Below, in pieces: positions 10,261 to 22,034 of a DNA stretch of 64,000 bases. Below the pieces are notes generated by a model. The model had not been told where the DNA came from and searched no databases. It saw nothing but the letters and a program-made list of their open reading frames with translations. Position numbers and translations under genes: made by a program. The stretch is from an uncultured Candidatus Saccharibacteria bacterium (GTDB lineage: Bacteria > Patescibacteriota > Doudnabacteria > UBA920). Each line of letters begins with the position of its first letter. Within the stretch, counting starts at the first letter, position 1. The stretch spans positions 407,253 to 471,252 of the forward strand of contig CAYQEU010000001.1 of NCBI GenBank assembly GCA_964416765.1, given 5' to 3'.

Positions 10261-10833
10261 ATGAAAAAGCCAACTTTTATTCCCAATAACGCCAAGCGAG
10301 CCTATCAAAGCCAGGAATTCGACGTTTGGGAATGGAAGCAAAAAATGTTTGATGGGACGTTTAAAATCTTTAGACGGGTAGTCCAAATGCCTGGAGTATC
10401 CGTACTTGCCGCCGTAGGAAACAAAGTTTTGCTAATTAAAGAACAGCAACCCGGAACTCCTTGGTACTTCTCGCTGCCGGGTGGCGCCATAGACAAGCCG
10501 GGTGAGCCTGTAGTCCAGACCGCGGCCCGTGAACTTGTGGAAGAAACAGGATATGAAGCGGGAAAAATAAAACTCTGGAAAGTATTAGTCCATAATGGAC
10601 GTTTTTACCACGAGCGCTACTTTTATTTGGCCCAGGATTGCCGCTTGGTGGGAAAACCCCAGCCTGATGGCGGAGAGAAAATTAAGGTAAATTTGCTCAG
10701 CTTCGATGAACTCCTAAAAACTATTGACCACCCTCACTTTTTTAAAGGCGATACCTACGCAGAACTACTAAGGGCTAAATCAGATCCAAAACTAAAAAAT
10801 AAGCTTAAACAAGCCCTTTTCGGCAAAAAATAA
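10261..10833 (+). CDS. NUDIX hydrolase (ADP-ribose pyrophosphatase-like)
   Basis: LPGGAIDKPGEPVVQTAARELVEETG Nudix box. Confidence 0.88.
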   Translation: MKKPTFIPNNAKRAYQSQEFDVWEWKQKMFDGTFKIFRRVVQMPGVSVLAAVGNKVLLIKEQQPGTPWYFSLPGGAIDKPGEPVVQTAARELVEETGYEAGKIKLWKVLVHNGRFYHERYFYLAQDCRLVGKPQPDGGEKIKVNLLSFDELLKTIDHPHFFKGDTYAELLRAKSDPKLKNKLKQALFGKK

Positions 10834-10932
10834 TAAAACCCTTTCATAAGTCCACAAAGTCAAGAGCCTCTATTTTGGCCAGCCTTGTCAGAAGGGTGTT
10901 TTTCTGTTAAACTCCTAGCGTTAATTTTAAAA

Positions 10933-11208
10933 ATGACCAATATTTCTGAGGAAAATCCGAAATCAGTGCCGGAGAGTGAAGGGAACAAAAAATCCCTTTA
11001 CATGAAGACTTTTAGTTTCGCCCTGGAATTTGGCTTCATTATCGCGCTGCCATTGCTGGCTTTTGTCTATCTAGGCAAATACCTCGACGGCCGCTACCAC
11101 ACCAATAACAAAATTTTCCTTTACTCCGGTATAATTTTGGCCCTGGTTACGACTTGTCTGCTTTTTGTCCGGCGGATAAAAGACATTATGAAGGACATGG
11201 AAAAATAA
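10933..11208 (+). CDS. AtpZ/AtpI-family protein
   Basis: Two TM helices, G.YLD motif, first gene of the atp operon; start moved to ATG 10933. Confidence 0.8.
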   Translation: MTNISEENPKSVPESEGNKKSLYMKTFSFALEFGFIIALPLLAFVYLGKYLDGRYHTNNKIFLYSGIILALVTTCLLFVRRIKDIMKDMEK

Positions 11209-12066
11209 ATGCTAGCAATCCCACCTTTAGCCGCAGAACCAATATTCACCATAGCTCAGTTTCCCGTTACCAACAGCTATATTAACTCCACGCTTACCGC
11301 GTTGGGCTTCATTGTGTTTGCGTTAGTGCTTAGCTTCGGGATTAGGAAGTATTATTGGCAAGGCAAAGCTCCCCGAGGCCTCCTGAACTTCTTTGAGGCA
11401 ATTTTGGAGTTCCTGTATAAATACATGGACCAGGTAACCGGTGACCGCAAAAAATCCATCAAATTTTTGCCTTTGGTTGGCAGTCTATTCTTCTTTATCC
11501 TAGTTTCTAACTGGATCGGTTTGCTTCCCGGTATCGGTTCCATAGGAACAAACCAAATCCACGAAGGCGTGGTGGAATTTATCCCGCTGTTCCGGCCTGC
11601 CAACACCGATTTAAACATGACTCTGGCCATGGCAATTCTTGTGGTTATTTCTTCCCACGTCATTGGTATCGCGGCCATTGGGTTCTTCAAATACGCCAAC
11701 AAGTTTGTTAAGCTCGGTGACCTGTGGCACGCCGCCAAAAGCCTAAACCCCATGAATATTATCATCGCGGTAGTGGAATTTTTGGTTGGTCTGCTCGAAA
11801 TCGTGTCTGAAGTCGCAAAAATGGTATCTCTTAGCCTTCGACTTTTTGGTAACATTTTCGCCGGTGAAGTTTTGCTTACGGTAATCGGTTCCATCCTGGC
11901 TTTTTTCCTGCCCCTTCCATTCATGGGTTTGGAAATCATAGTCGGGTTGATTCAATCCGTGGTGTTTTCCATGTTGGCCCTGGTCTACCTGACCATTGCG
12001 ACCACTGAGATTAAATCGCACGACAAAGCGCACGAAGAAGACCTGGAGCCCACTCCGACGGTATAG
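11209..12066 (+). CDS. atpB: ATP synthase F0 subunit a
   Basis: SLSLRLFGNIFAGE motif; TM helices. Confidence 0.96.
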   Translation: MLAIPPLAAEPIFTIAQFPVTNSYINSTLTALGFIVFALVLSFGIRKYYWQGKAPRGLLNFFEAILEFLYKYMDQVTGDRKKSIKFLPLVGSLFFFILVSNWIGLLPGIGSIGTNQIHEGVVEFIPLFRPANTDLNMTLAMAILVVISSHVIGIAAIGFFKYANKFVKLGDLWHAAKSLNPMNIIIAVVEFLVGLLEIVSEVAKMVSLSLRLFGNIFAGEVLLTVIGSILAFFLPLPFMGLEIIVGLIQSVVFSMLALVYLTIATTEIKSHDKAHEEDLEPTPTV

Positions 12067-12146
12067 TTAGTGTTGAAGGGCTGGCGCTTAGCGGACTAAG
12101 CTTCAGCTTTTCAGCATTACGCTGGATTTAACAAGATTATTAGTAA

Positions 12147-12398
<252 letters not shown>

Positions 12399-12486
12399 TC
12401 ATCAAGTTCAGTTCCAATTTTCAATTGCGCCACGCTTTCGAGCCAGCCGATTGAAAATTGCATAGTGAGCATTGATTAATATTTTT

Positions 12487-13035
12487 ATGGACATCATACA
12501 CATTGCAAAAGCCGCGGAGGTGGCACATGAAGCAGCGCAGGCCGGACCGGTCCAGCTTTTTGGTTTAAATTGGAAATTATTCCTGGCCCAACTCATTAAC
12601 TTTAGCGTGGTCCTGTTTGTTCTCTGGAAGTGGGTATTCCGGCCCGTAGCCAAAGGCTTGGCTGACCGCACCACCAAGATTGAAAACTCACTGGCGGAGG
12701 CGGAAAGGATCGCCGCTGAACGCGAAACCTTTGACTCTTGGAAAGACAAGGAAATGGCCCAGGTACGCCAGGAAGCCAGCCAAATTATAGTTGAAGCCAA
12801 GGCTGCGGCTGAACAGGCTCGAAGTGAAATTACCAAGACCGCCATGGATGAGTCAGCTCGAATACTGGAACGGGGCAAACAGCAACTCGAAGAGGAAAAG
12901 AACAAGGCTGTCCAAGAGATCAAGTCGGAGGTAGCTGGCATGGTAGTAACCGCGACGGAAAGCATTTTGAAGAAAAAGGTTGACTCTAATACCGACAAAG
13001 AATTAATTAACGAAGCCATCGCTAAGCTCAAGTAA
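12487..13035 (+). CDS. atpF: ATP synthase F0 subunit b
   Basis: QLINF..L..L.K..F.P TM segment followed by long coiled coil; ATG 12487 chosen. Confidence 0.93.
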   Translation: MDIIHIAKAAEVAHEAAQAGPVQLFGLNWKLFLAQLINFSVVLFVLWKWVFRPVAKGLADRTTKIENSLAEAERIAAERETFDSWKDKEMAQVRQEASQIIVEAKAAAEQARSEITKTAMDESARILERGKQQLEEEKNKAVQEIKSEVAGMVVTATESILKKKVDSNTDKELINEAIAKLK

Positions 13036-13036
13036 C

Positions 13037-13429
13037 ATGAAATTTTCCGTAACACAATACGCGCAGGCTTTGCACCAGACTCTGAGCGAATCCAAAGCCG
13101 GGGATTATGACCGGGTGATCGACAACTTTATCCGCATCCTCAACACCAACGGCGACCTCCCATACTACGAAACAATCATCCACGAATACGAACGGATAGA
13201 CCGGGAGGAGCGGGGAATAACGGAGGTTGAGGTCACTACCGCCGGTAACGTCACGATCAACAAGGAAACCATCCAAGCCCTGAACGACGCGGTAGACGGC
13301 GACATAGAACTCCGCGAAAAAGTGGACGAAAGCCTGATCGGCGGGGTAATCGTGAAGATCGAAGACACGATGATAGACGCAAGCGTTAAAGGTCAACTCA
13401 AGCATTTAAAAGATAAACTTAGCCAATAA
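13037..13429 (+). CDS. atpH: ATP synthase F1 subunit delta (short form)
   Basis: YAQAL N-terminus; [22 protein letters not shown]-terminus. Confidence 0.9.
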   Translation: MKFSVTQYAQALHQTLSESKAGDYDRVIDNFIRILNTNGDLPYYETIIHEYERIDREERGITEVEVTTAGNVTINKETIQALNDAVDGDIELREKVDESLIGGVIVKIEDTMIDASVKGQLKHLKDKLSQ

Positions 13430-13439
13430 CTTAAACCAT

Positions 13440-14939
13440 ATGATTAAAACTGATGCAATAATTGCCCAGCTCAAAGAGCAGATCGCCGGATTCCAGCCCG
13501 ATGCCAGCGTCGAAAAAGTCGGCACCGTAGTTGAAGTCGGTGACGGTATTGCCCGCATTGCCGGCTTGTCCCAGATTGCCAGCATGGAAATGATCGATTT
13601 CGGCAACGATATTTTGGGGGTAGCTTTAAACCTGGAAGAAGCCACCGTGGGCGCCATTATTCTTGGCGATTACTCCGAAGTTAAGCAGGGCGACACTGTC
13701 CGCGCTACCGGACGAACGCTGTCCGTGCCAGTGGGCGACGCGTTAATTGGCCGCGTTGTCGGTGCTTTGGGCAACCCAAAGGACGGCAAGGGTGAAATCA
13801 AACAGGCTGACTTTTACCCGGTTGAAAAAGTTGCCCCTGGTGTAATTACCCGTAAAGGGGTAAGCCAGCCGGTACAAACCGGCATCATGGCCATTGATGC
13901 CTTAATTCCAATCGGCCGCGGCCAGCGTGAACTTATCATTGGTGACCGCCAAACTGGTAAGACCGCGGTAGCGATCGACACCATTTTGAACCAAAAAGGC
14001 CAGGACATGATCTGCGTTTACGTGGCGGTGGGACAAAAGGAAAGTAAAATCGCGAAAATTGTCGCCACTTTGGAAGAACGCGGCGCCATGGACTACACCA
14101 TTGTTGTTTCCGCCGGCGCTTCTGAACCAGCCGCTTTGTCATACATTGCTCCTTACGCCGGTTGCGCCATGGCCGAATACTTCATGGACCAAGGCAAGGA
14201 CGTGCTGATCATTTATGATGATTTGTCCAAGCAAGCAGTTGCCTACCGCGAAATTTCTTTACTCCTTCGCCGCCCGCCAGGACGTGAAGCATATCCAGGA
14301 GATGTTTTCTATCTACACTCCCGCTTGCTGGAACGAGCGGCCCGTTTAAATGAAGATTACGGCGGGGGCAGTATTACCGCCTTGCCGGTTATTGAAACCC
14401 AGGCAGGAGATATTTCCGCGTACATTCCGACCAATGTAATCTCCATTACCGATGGTCAGGTGTTCCTAGAAAGCGATTTGTTCTACAAGGGTATCCGTCC
14501 GGCCGTGAACGTCGGTACATCCGTTTCCCGCGTGGGATCCGCCGCTCAGACGAAAGCCATGAAGAAAGTTGCCGGCAAGTTGAAAATCTCCCTGGCGCAG
14601 TTCCGCGAATTGGAAGCTTTTGCCCAATTCGGTTCTGACCTTGATGAAGCCACGAAGAAACAGTTGGACTTGGGAAACCGCTTGGTTGAAGTTTTGAAAC
14701 AGCCGCAATACAGTCCGCTCGCGCTCGAAAAGCAAGTGGTCATTTTGTACGCTGTTAACAACGGTTATTTGGATGACGTCCCCGTAGAAAAAGTCAAAGA
14801 ATTCCAGAACAAATTGTATGACTACATGGAAGCATCAGGTAAAGACGTTATGACGGCGATAGCCGGTTCCGGACAGCTCGAAGAATCCACTGAAGATACT
14901 TTGAAAAAGCACTTGGAAACCTTTAAGAAAACTTTCTAA
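13440..14939 (+). CDS. atpA: ATP synthase F1 subunit alpha
   Basis: GDRQTGKT P-loop; [23 protein letters not shown]. Confidence 0.99.
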   Translation: MIKTDAIIAQLKEQIAGFQPDASVEKVGTVVEVGDGIARIAGLSQIASMEMIDFGNDILGVALNLEEATVGAIILGDYSEVKQGDTVRATGRTLSVPVGDALIGRVVGALGNPKDGKGEIKQADFYPVEKVAPGVITRKGVSQPVQTGIMAIDALIPIGRGQRELIIGDRQTGKTAVAIDTILNQKGQDMICVYVAVGQKESKIAKIVATLEERGAMDYTIVVSAGASEPAALSYIAPYAGCAMAEYFMDQGKDVLIIYDDLSKQAVAYREISLLLRRPPGREAYPGDVFYLHSRLLERAARLNEDYGGGSITALPVIETQAGDISAYIPTNVISITDGQVFLESDLFYKGIRPAVNVGTSVSRVGSAAQTKAMKKVAGKLKISLAQFRELEAFAQFGSDLDEATKKQLDLGNRLVEVLKQPQYSPLALEKQVVILYAVNNGYLDDVPVEKVKEFQNKLYDYMEASGKDVMTAIAGSGQLEESTEDTLKKHLETFKKTF

Positions 14940-14944
14940 CATAG

Positions 14945-15811
14945 ATGCCAGGAACAAGAGAACTAACCAGACGCATAAAGTCAGTTAAAAGCACGCGCAA
15001 AATTACCCGCGCGATGCAGCTGATTTCCGCCGCCAAAATGCGCAAGGCACAGGCCGCTACCATGGCGAGCCGCACTTACGCTGATTTGGCGTGGGAGCTT
15101 ATCAGTTCTCTGGGCACCGAAGCCGCCGCCAATTCTCCGCTGATAAACAAGTTTCCGGACGCCAAAAAAGTTGGGGTAGTCATAATCTCCTCCAACCGCG
15201 GCCAAGTCGGCGGGTTTAACAACAACCTGTTTAAGAAGATTAAGGAATTTGAATCCAGCGAACCAGAGCTCATTAGCGAAATGGTTGTGCTCGGCAAAAA
15301 GGCCCGAGACAACGCGGTCCGCCTGAAACGGAACATCATGGCCGAGTTCACAAAACTGGATACCACTATACCAGTGGAAAACATCTATCCACTTGTACGG
15401 ACGTTGACCGACGCATATTCCACGGGACAGTATAAAAAAATAATAATAGTCTATAACCACTTCGCTTCCACGCTTTCCCAGGTGCCTACGGTAAAAACGT
15501 TATTGCCCTTTACCACTGAGCCACGGGCAGGAACGGATACGGCAGCCGCCGAAAGCCTGTTTGAACCCTCGCCCAAAGAAGTTGCCGAACATCTGCTCCC
15601 GCGCATACTGGAAAGCCAAGTGTATCAAGCAATTCTGGAAAGCGACGCTTCTGAACACTCCGCCCGCATGGTCATGATGAAAAACGCCACGGAAAATGCC
15701 GGCGAACTCATAGACGACCTAACCCTAACATTTAACCAACTCCGCCAAACCAAGATTACCACCGAGCTTTCAGAAATTACCGCCGGTAAACTAGCCCTAG
15801 AAAATTCATAA
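14945..15811 (+). CDS. atpG: ATP synthase F1 subunit gamma
   Basis: KITRAMQLISAAK; SEHSARM..MKNAT.NA; RQ..IT.ELSEI..G. Confidence 0.98.
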   Translation: MPGTRELTRRIKSVKSTRKITRAMQLISAAKMRKAQAATMASRTYADLAWELISSLGTEAAANSPLINKFPDAKKVGVVIISSNRGQVGGFNNNLFKKIKEFESSEPELISEMVVLGKKARDNAVRLKRNIMAEFTKLDTTIPVENIYPLVRTLTDAYSTGQYKKIIIVYNHFASTLSQVPTVKTLLPFTTEPRAGTDTAAAESLFEPSPKEVAEHLLPRILESQVYQAILESDASEHSARMVMMKNATENAGELIDDLTLTFNQLRQTKITTELSEITAGKLALENS

Positions 15812-15814
15812 TGA

Positions 15815-17254
<1,440 letters not shown>

Positions 17255-17273
17255 TTATCCTATTTATACCTTA

Positions 17274-17738
17274 ATGGCCCAGATTCACTTACAATTAGTT
17301 ACCCCACAGCGCAAAGTGCTGGATGAGGAAGTCCAAAGCCTCACCTGCCCTACCGCTATGGGGGAGATCACAATTTTGCCGGAACACGTCGACTTGGTGG
17401 CTACTTTAGAGGTAGGAGAGTTAGTGGCCCGTACTGGCTCCGGACAGGAGCATAATATCCACGTGGCCGGGGGTTTTGTCCAGGTAAAAGCAGGGAAGGA
17501 AATAATCGTACTGGCTGACGCCGCGGAACACCACCACGAGATTGACGAGACAGAGACCGAACAGGCCAGACAGCGCGCCGAGGAAACCATGAAGCGTTCC
17601 AATGTGTCCGCCGAAGACTACGCCCTGGCCGCCGCCGCCCTAGAACGCAGTGTGAGCAAACTGAACTTAGTACGCAAATACCGCCATCGCGCGCCGCAGG
17701 TCAGCAACCTGGAAAGAGATCTGTCGTCAGAAGAATAA
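17274..17738 (+). CDS. atpC: ATP synthase F1 subunit epsilon
   Basis: LVTP..GEITILPEH..GGFVQV..VLADAAE. Confidence 0.96.
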   Translation: MAQIHLQLVTPQRKVLDEEVQSLTCPTAMGEITILPEHVDLVATLEVGELVARTGSGQEHNIHVAGGFVQVKAGKEIIVLADAAEHHHEIDETETEQARQRAEETMKRSNVSAEDYALAAAALERSVSKLNLVRKYRHRAPQVSNLERDLSSEE

Positions 17739-17744
17739 TTTACC

Positions 17745-17768
17745 AGCCTGCTTCACCGCAGGCTTTTA
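17745..17768 (+). terminator. Intrinsic terminator of the atp operon
   Basis: AGCCTGC-ttcacc-GCAGGCT hairpin followed by T tract. Confidence 0.7.
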
Positions 17769-17780
17769 TATTTTTAAATT

Positions 17781-18458
17781 ATGAAGTTAAATTTTCACGC
17801 AGAATCAGAACTTGAATTAACAGCAGTTCGGGTAATGGAAGCGGTTGCGAAAGAATTTCCGCAAACTTTTTTTGTCGGCGGTTTTGTTCGTGACTTGTTA
17901 CTTTCCCGCGAAGTACACGATATAGATATTGCAACGAGCGCGACACCGGAACAAGTTGCGCAATGTTTAAACACAGACTTTGACGTTGATGACGAGGCAA
18001 AAAACTTTGGCGTTTTGAAGATTAACAACCAGCTCGAGATTACCACTTTCCGCGAGGAAACTTACAGTGGGTCCCGGTATCCAAAAGTTAATTTTATCGA
18101 CTCTCCGGAAATAGACAGCCGCCGCCGCGACTTTACCATAAACGGCTTGTATATGAGCCTGGAAGGCGAAATCCTGGACTTCCACGGGGGGATAGCAGAT
18201 TTAGGGGCCGGCCTGATCCGGTTCATCGGTGACCCCCAGACTCGCATAGACGAAGACCCGTTACGGCTCCTTAGGGCTATCCGCTTGTCCTTACAATTAG
18301 ACTTCACCATAGAAGAACAGACGCGCCAAGCGATTCAAAAAAACTTTTCCGCCCTTACAACTTTAAAACAATCACAAATTGAAACGGAAATAAAAAAATT
18401 GGATCCAAACGTGCAAAAATCGTTTGTGGATATCATCAACGCAAAAGACTTGACTTAG
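17781..18458 (+). CDS. Class II tRNA nucleotidyltransferase (CCA-adding/poly(A) polymerase family), short form
   Basis: VGGFVRD..L, DIDIAT, RRDFTING, EDPLRLLRA motifs; only 225 aa. Confidence 0.85.
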   Translation: MKLNFHAESELELTAVRVMEAVAKEFPQTFFVGGFVRDLLLSREVHDIDIATSATPEQVAQCLNTDFDVDDEAKNFGVLKINNQLEITTFREETYSGSRYPKVNFIDSPEIDSRRRDFTINGLYMSLEGEILDFHGGIADLGAGLIRFIGDPQTRIDEDPLRLLRAIRLSLQLDFTIEEQTRQAIQKNFSALTTLKQSQIETEIKKLDPNVQKSFVDIINAKDLT

Positions 18459-18633
18459 ATTTGACAAATTCTTTATAATTATCTTGTATAAAAATTTCCG
18501 CACTTCTGTAGAAACGAAAACAAATCAGGAAAACAGAAAAACTAAATTACATTACTACTGACCTTGGAACAAAAAGTTTCAAGTAGTAGAAAATTAAGAA
18601 GCGAAAATATTCGCTTCAGGGAGACTAGCCAAA

Positions 18634-18840
18634 ATGGCAACCAAAAGAAAAGTAGCAAAGCGCAAGCCTGCTGCTAAGAAAGCTGCTCCAAAGCGCAAGA
18701 CCGCTGCTAAGAAGCCAGCTCGCAAACCAGCTCGTCGCAAGACCGCTGCTCGCAAGCCTGCTGCTAAGAAGCGCACTGCTGCTCGCAAGCCAGCTGCTAA
18801 GCGCAAGCCAGCTCGCCGCAAGGCCGCTAAAAAGCGTTAA
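18634..18840 (+). CDS. Histone H1-like Lys/Arg/Ala-rich protein
   Basis: Repeated K-P-A-A-K-K/R units, GGAG upstream, hairpin terminator downstream. Confidence 0.75.
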   Translation: MATKRKVAKRKPAAKKAAPKRKTAAKKPARKPARRKTAARKPAAKKRTAARKPAAKRKPARRKAAKKR

Positions 18841-18865
18841 GCTCAAAACTCCACAAGGAGAAACG

Positions 18866-18898
18866 TAACCGCCCCAAAACTAGGGCGGTTATTGTTTT
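18866..18898 (+). terminator. Intrinsic terminator
   Basis: TAACCGCCC...GGGCGGTTA stem followed by TTGTTTT. Confidence 0.6.
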
Positions 18899-18985
18899 CC
18901 CCAAACGCCTGGAAAGTGCAGAAAATGCCTCCAAACCCTTGCGTTTTGGGGCCATAAATGGTATACTTTGCAAGTTAAGAAATGA

Positions 18986-19061
18986 CGCGGGGTAGAGCAA
19001 TTGGCAGCTCGCAAGGCTCATAACCTTGAGGTTCCCGGTTCGAATCCGGGCCCCGCAACCA
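18986..19061 (+). tRNA. tRNA-fMet (initiator, CAT)
   Basis: C1:A72 mismatch, CGCGGGG start, CTCATAA loop, CCA. Confidence 0.93.
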
Positions 19062-19092
19062 AAAAATTTAAGTTATTTAATTAGTACACCGC

Positions 19093-19169
19093 GCCGGCGT
19101 AGCTCAGTTGGTTAGAGCGGAGGACTCATAAGCCTCAGGTCGTTGGTTCAATTCCAACCGCCGGTACCA
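19093..19169 (+). tRNA. tRNA with CAT anticodon (elongator Met or Ile2)
   Basis: GCCGGCG/CGCCGGT acceptor, CTCATAA loop, GGTTCAATTCC, CCA; Met versus Ile2 not resolved. Confidence 0.88.
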
Positions 19170-19198
19170 ATTTGGCCTCGCGGCCACCAATAAATCAT

Positions 19199-19275
19199 GG
19201 ACTGGTAGCTCAGTTGGTTAGAGCGTCCGCCTGTCACGCGGAAGGTCGCGGGTTCGAGTCCCGTTCAGTCCGCCA
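19199..19275 (+). tRNA. tRNA-Asp (GTC)
   Basis: TCCGC-CTGTCAC-GCGGA anticodon arm, discriminator G, CCA. Confidence 0.96.
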
Positions 19276-19493
19276 TTATAACTTTCAGTAATCCACAATT
19301 GACTACGAAAAAGTTATGCTATAATGGCTTATAAGCATTTCGGTGCTTAATATTTAGTTTTTCAGAAACAGGCCATCTAGAGGGGCCTGTTTTTGCTTAT
19401 GCCCAGAATTAACCGCTTCGAACAAGAAATTCTTCCCGGATTGACATTTTGCCTTATTTATGGTCAAATACGCCAAAGGGAGGAATTACTGGA

Positions 19494-19913
19494 ATGAGAT
19501 ATCTGTTTGGAATGGCAGGCATAATGGTATTGCTTGTCTTGTTCGCGGCTGGGCTTTTTGCCCTGGCACTCTATGAAGGCTGGGATTACCCGACACTCCG
19601 TATCGCTTTACTGGTTTTTGGAGCGTACGGGGTAATCGAGCTTTTCGCGCGGCGGGGCAGAGTCCCACACCGCGTGGAGTTCAATAACCTTAAGTGCGAA
19701 TACGATCCCGGAAGGGAAAAGTATCAGGAACTGTCGGTTTACTGTCTGGCTAACTCGCCGATAGCGGCGTCAGAGGAAGCCAAACGGCTTTACCGTAAAA
19801 CAAGGGGAGTGTTCGACTTTGACCCGGACCATAAAGTCCGCGAAACTCTATGGGTCACCTATCTTCTGCGATTGGTGAGCCATAAAACAATCATCCTGCG
19901 AAACATCGCGTAA
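19494..19913 (+). CDS. Hypothetical membrane protein
   Basis: GGGAGG SD before ATG 19494; two TM helices; TTGACA at 19441. Confidence 0.6.
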   Translation: MRYLFGMAGIMVLLVLFAAGLFALALYEGWDYPTLRIALLVFGAYGVIELFARRGRVPHRVEFNNLKCEYDPGREKYQELSVYCLANSPIAASEEAKRLYRKTRGVFDFDPDHKVRETLWVTYLLRLVSHKTIILRNIA

Positions 19914-20014
19914 TCACCATCATCACTCTCATCCTCCAACAACATAAAAGAGAAGCACCGCGCCGGCACTGCTTCTCTTTTAAATATGATTGAAAAAGGT
20001 GTCGGGGATCGCTA

Positions 20015-20043
20015 TTGACAAAACCCTAAATTCGTGCTATAAT
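20015..20043 (+). promoter_or_regulatory. Consensus sigma70 promoter
   Basis: TTGACA-17bp-TATAAT with extended -10 TG. Confidence 0.8.
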
Positions 20044-20103
20044 TGTATAAATTCCAGGCTTTGTGCCTGGAAAATTTATAGATAGCAGGAGTGAACTAAT
20101 AGT

Positions 20104-20301
20104 ATGGGATGGTTAGATCCTAACGACGAAAGAAACTACGATAGACCCTCGGTTAAACCAACTGAGAACACGGCAACGGCGGCGGCACAGAGAAACGACA
20201 GCGACCGCGAAACAGCGGTCCACGAAAACGGACTCAACCCCAAACCACTACCAAAGGACATCGGCAAAGCGTCAGACGACGCCAAAGACATCGCCGGTTA
20301 A
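20104..20301 (+). CDS. Small hydrophilic hypothetical protein (65 aa)
   Basis: Perfect promoter, AGGAG SD, downstream hairpin. Confidence 0.65.
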   Translation: MGWLDPNDERNYDRPSVKPTENTATAAAQRNDSDRETAVHENGLNPKPLPKDIGKASDDAKDIAG

Positions 20302-20409
20302 TCCAGCGGAACGACGAGAACGGGAAGTGCTGCATAAGCTCTTCCCGTTTTCCCATTTTGGGCTATTGCTTATTAGTTTAACCGCCTTAAACCTGATATA
20401 ATTACCTAT

Positions 20410-21495
20410 ATGAACACCGTTTTATATATAATTATCGGGATTTTACTGGCGGGATTTGGAATACTTTTATATATGATAAGCCGGCTGCGGGCCGGTAACG
20501 CCAACCCGGAAACCGACGAGAAATCTCTGGCTTTGCTTCTTAATCAAATGAACGAGCTTTCCCGCGTCGTAGACCGAAAAATGGGCGAGGCATCACAAAA
20601 TTTGGTCAAAACCCAAGACCGGATGGCGGAAACCATGAAGACTCAGTTTTCCGAAAGTTCCAAGCTTATAAAAGACGTTACTGAAGGACTGGTTAAGCTG
20701 GATGAGACCAACAAGCAGGTGGTTTCTTTCGCCGACCAGCTCAAGAACCTCCAGGATATTTTGAAAAACCCGAAACAGCGCGGGACCTTGGGTGAGTACT
20801 ACCTGGAAACCACTTTAAAGAATGTATTGGGGCCGGGCATGTACCAAATGCAGTACCCGTTTAAGAACAAAGAAATCGTGGACGCGGTTGTATTCGTCAA
20901 AGGAAAAATCATTCCAATCGACTCCAAGTTTTCTCTGGAAAATTATAACCGCCTTTCAGGAACTAACGATGCGGGAGAAAAAGCGCGCCTCGAAAAAATC
21001 TTTGTTAATGACCTGAAGCTCCGTATTACCGAAACTTCCAAATACATCCGACCCCAGGAAAACACTATGGACTTTGCTTTCATGTTTATCCCGCATGAAG
21101 CGATTTACTATGACCTGCTGACCAATAAAATCGGCGGGGTCAGCGATGACGACGAAAACCTCATCCAGCGGGCCGCGGGCAAGTACAAGGTTATAATAGT
21201 ATCACCAACCTCTTTCCTGGCTTACTTGCAGACAGTACTGCAGGGGCTTAAGGCCATGCAAATTGAAGAGTCGGCCAAACAGATCCGCGCCAACGTTGAA
21301 AACCTGCAAAAACATTTAAAATCCTACGAAGAATACCATACCAAACTGGGTTCTTCGCTTGGTACCGTGGTTAACCACTTCAATGCTTCCAGCAAGGAAT
21401 TTAAGAAAGTCGACAAGGACATGCTTAAAATCACCGACGAAAGTGTCCTGGAAGACTTGCCGCTCTTGGAAAAACCCGAGAACGAAACTGTTTAA
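20410..21495 (+). CDS. rmuC: DNA recombination protein RmuC
   Basis: TM plus coiled coil; K.RG.LGE, IPIDSKF, DFAFMFIPHEA, SPTSFLAYL. Confidence 0.93.
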   Translation: MNTVLYIIIGILLAGFGILLYMISRLRAGNANPETDEKSLALLLNQMNELSRVVDRKMGEASQNLVKTQDRMAETMKTQFSESSKLIKDVTEGLVKLDETNKQVVSFADQLKNLQDILKNPKQRGTLGEYYLETTLKNVLGPGMYQMQYPFKNKEIVDAVVFVKGKIIPIDSKFSLENYNRLSGTNDAGEKARLEKIFVNDLKLRITETSKYIRPQENTMDFAFMFIPHEAIYYDLLTNKIGGVSDDDENLIQRAAGKYKVIIVSPTSFLAYLQTVLQGLKAMQIEESAKQIRANVENLQKHLKSYEEYHTKLGSSLGTVVNHFNASSKEFKKVDKDMLKITDESVLEDLPLLEKPENETV

Positions 21496-21512
21496 CAAAT
21501 TAATTTAATTTT

Positions 21513-22034
21513 ATGTCTATAAGAAACCCGGATCAGCGCGTTGGTGTGTTCATCGACGTGCAGAACCTGTACTACTCGGCCCGCAATATTTACGGCGCCC
21601 GGGTAAACTTTAACGAAATATTAAAAGAGGCCGTGGCCGGACGAAAGCTCATCCGCGCCATCGCTTATGTTGTTCAGGCCGACATGCCCGAAGAACACAC
21701 TTTTTTCGAAGCCCTCGAAAAGGCCGGTTTCGAAGTAAAGAAGAAAGAGCTCCAGACTTTTGCCGGCGGCCACCAAAAAGGGGACTGGGATGTCGGAATC
21801 GCCATGGACATCATCAAACAAATGAGCAAGCTCGATGTAGTTGTGCTAGCCTCCGGCGACGGTGACTTTGTCCCATTGCTCGAATACCTACAAATGACCG
21901 GACAGCTGACGGAGACCGTGGCGTTCGGCAAGTCATGCAGCGGCAAAATCAAAGAATTGACCGATCATTTCATTGACCTGGACGAGGCGCCCAAGAAATT
22001 CTTAATTCCCATGAAACCGTCCAAGCGCCGCTAA
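21513..22034 (+). CDS. NYN-domain (LabA/DUF88) protein
   Basis: VFIDVQNLY, KGDWDVGIAMD, SGDGDFVP. Confidence 0.9.
   Translation: MSIRNPDQRVGVFIDVQNLYYSARNIYGARVNFNEILKEAVAGRKLIRAIAYVVQADMPEEHTFFEALEKAGFEVKKKELQTFAGGHQKGDWDVGIAMDIIKQMSKLDVVVLASGDGDFVPLLEYLQMTGQLTETVAFGKSCSGKIKELTDHFIDLDEAPKKFLIPMKPSKRR

Noticed and set aside
18634-18840. Short tandem repeats as a CRISPR array
   Set aside because: No unique spacers; the repeats are codon-level units of a Lys/Ala-rich protein
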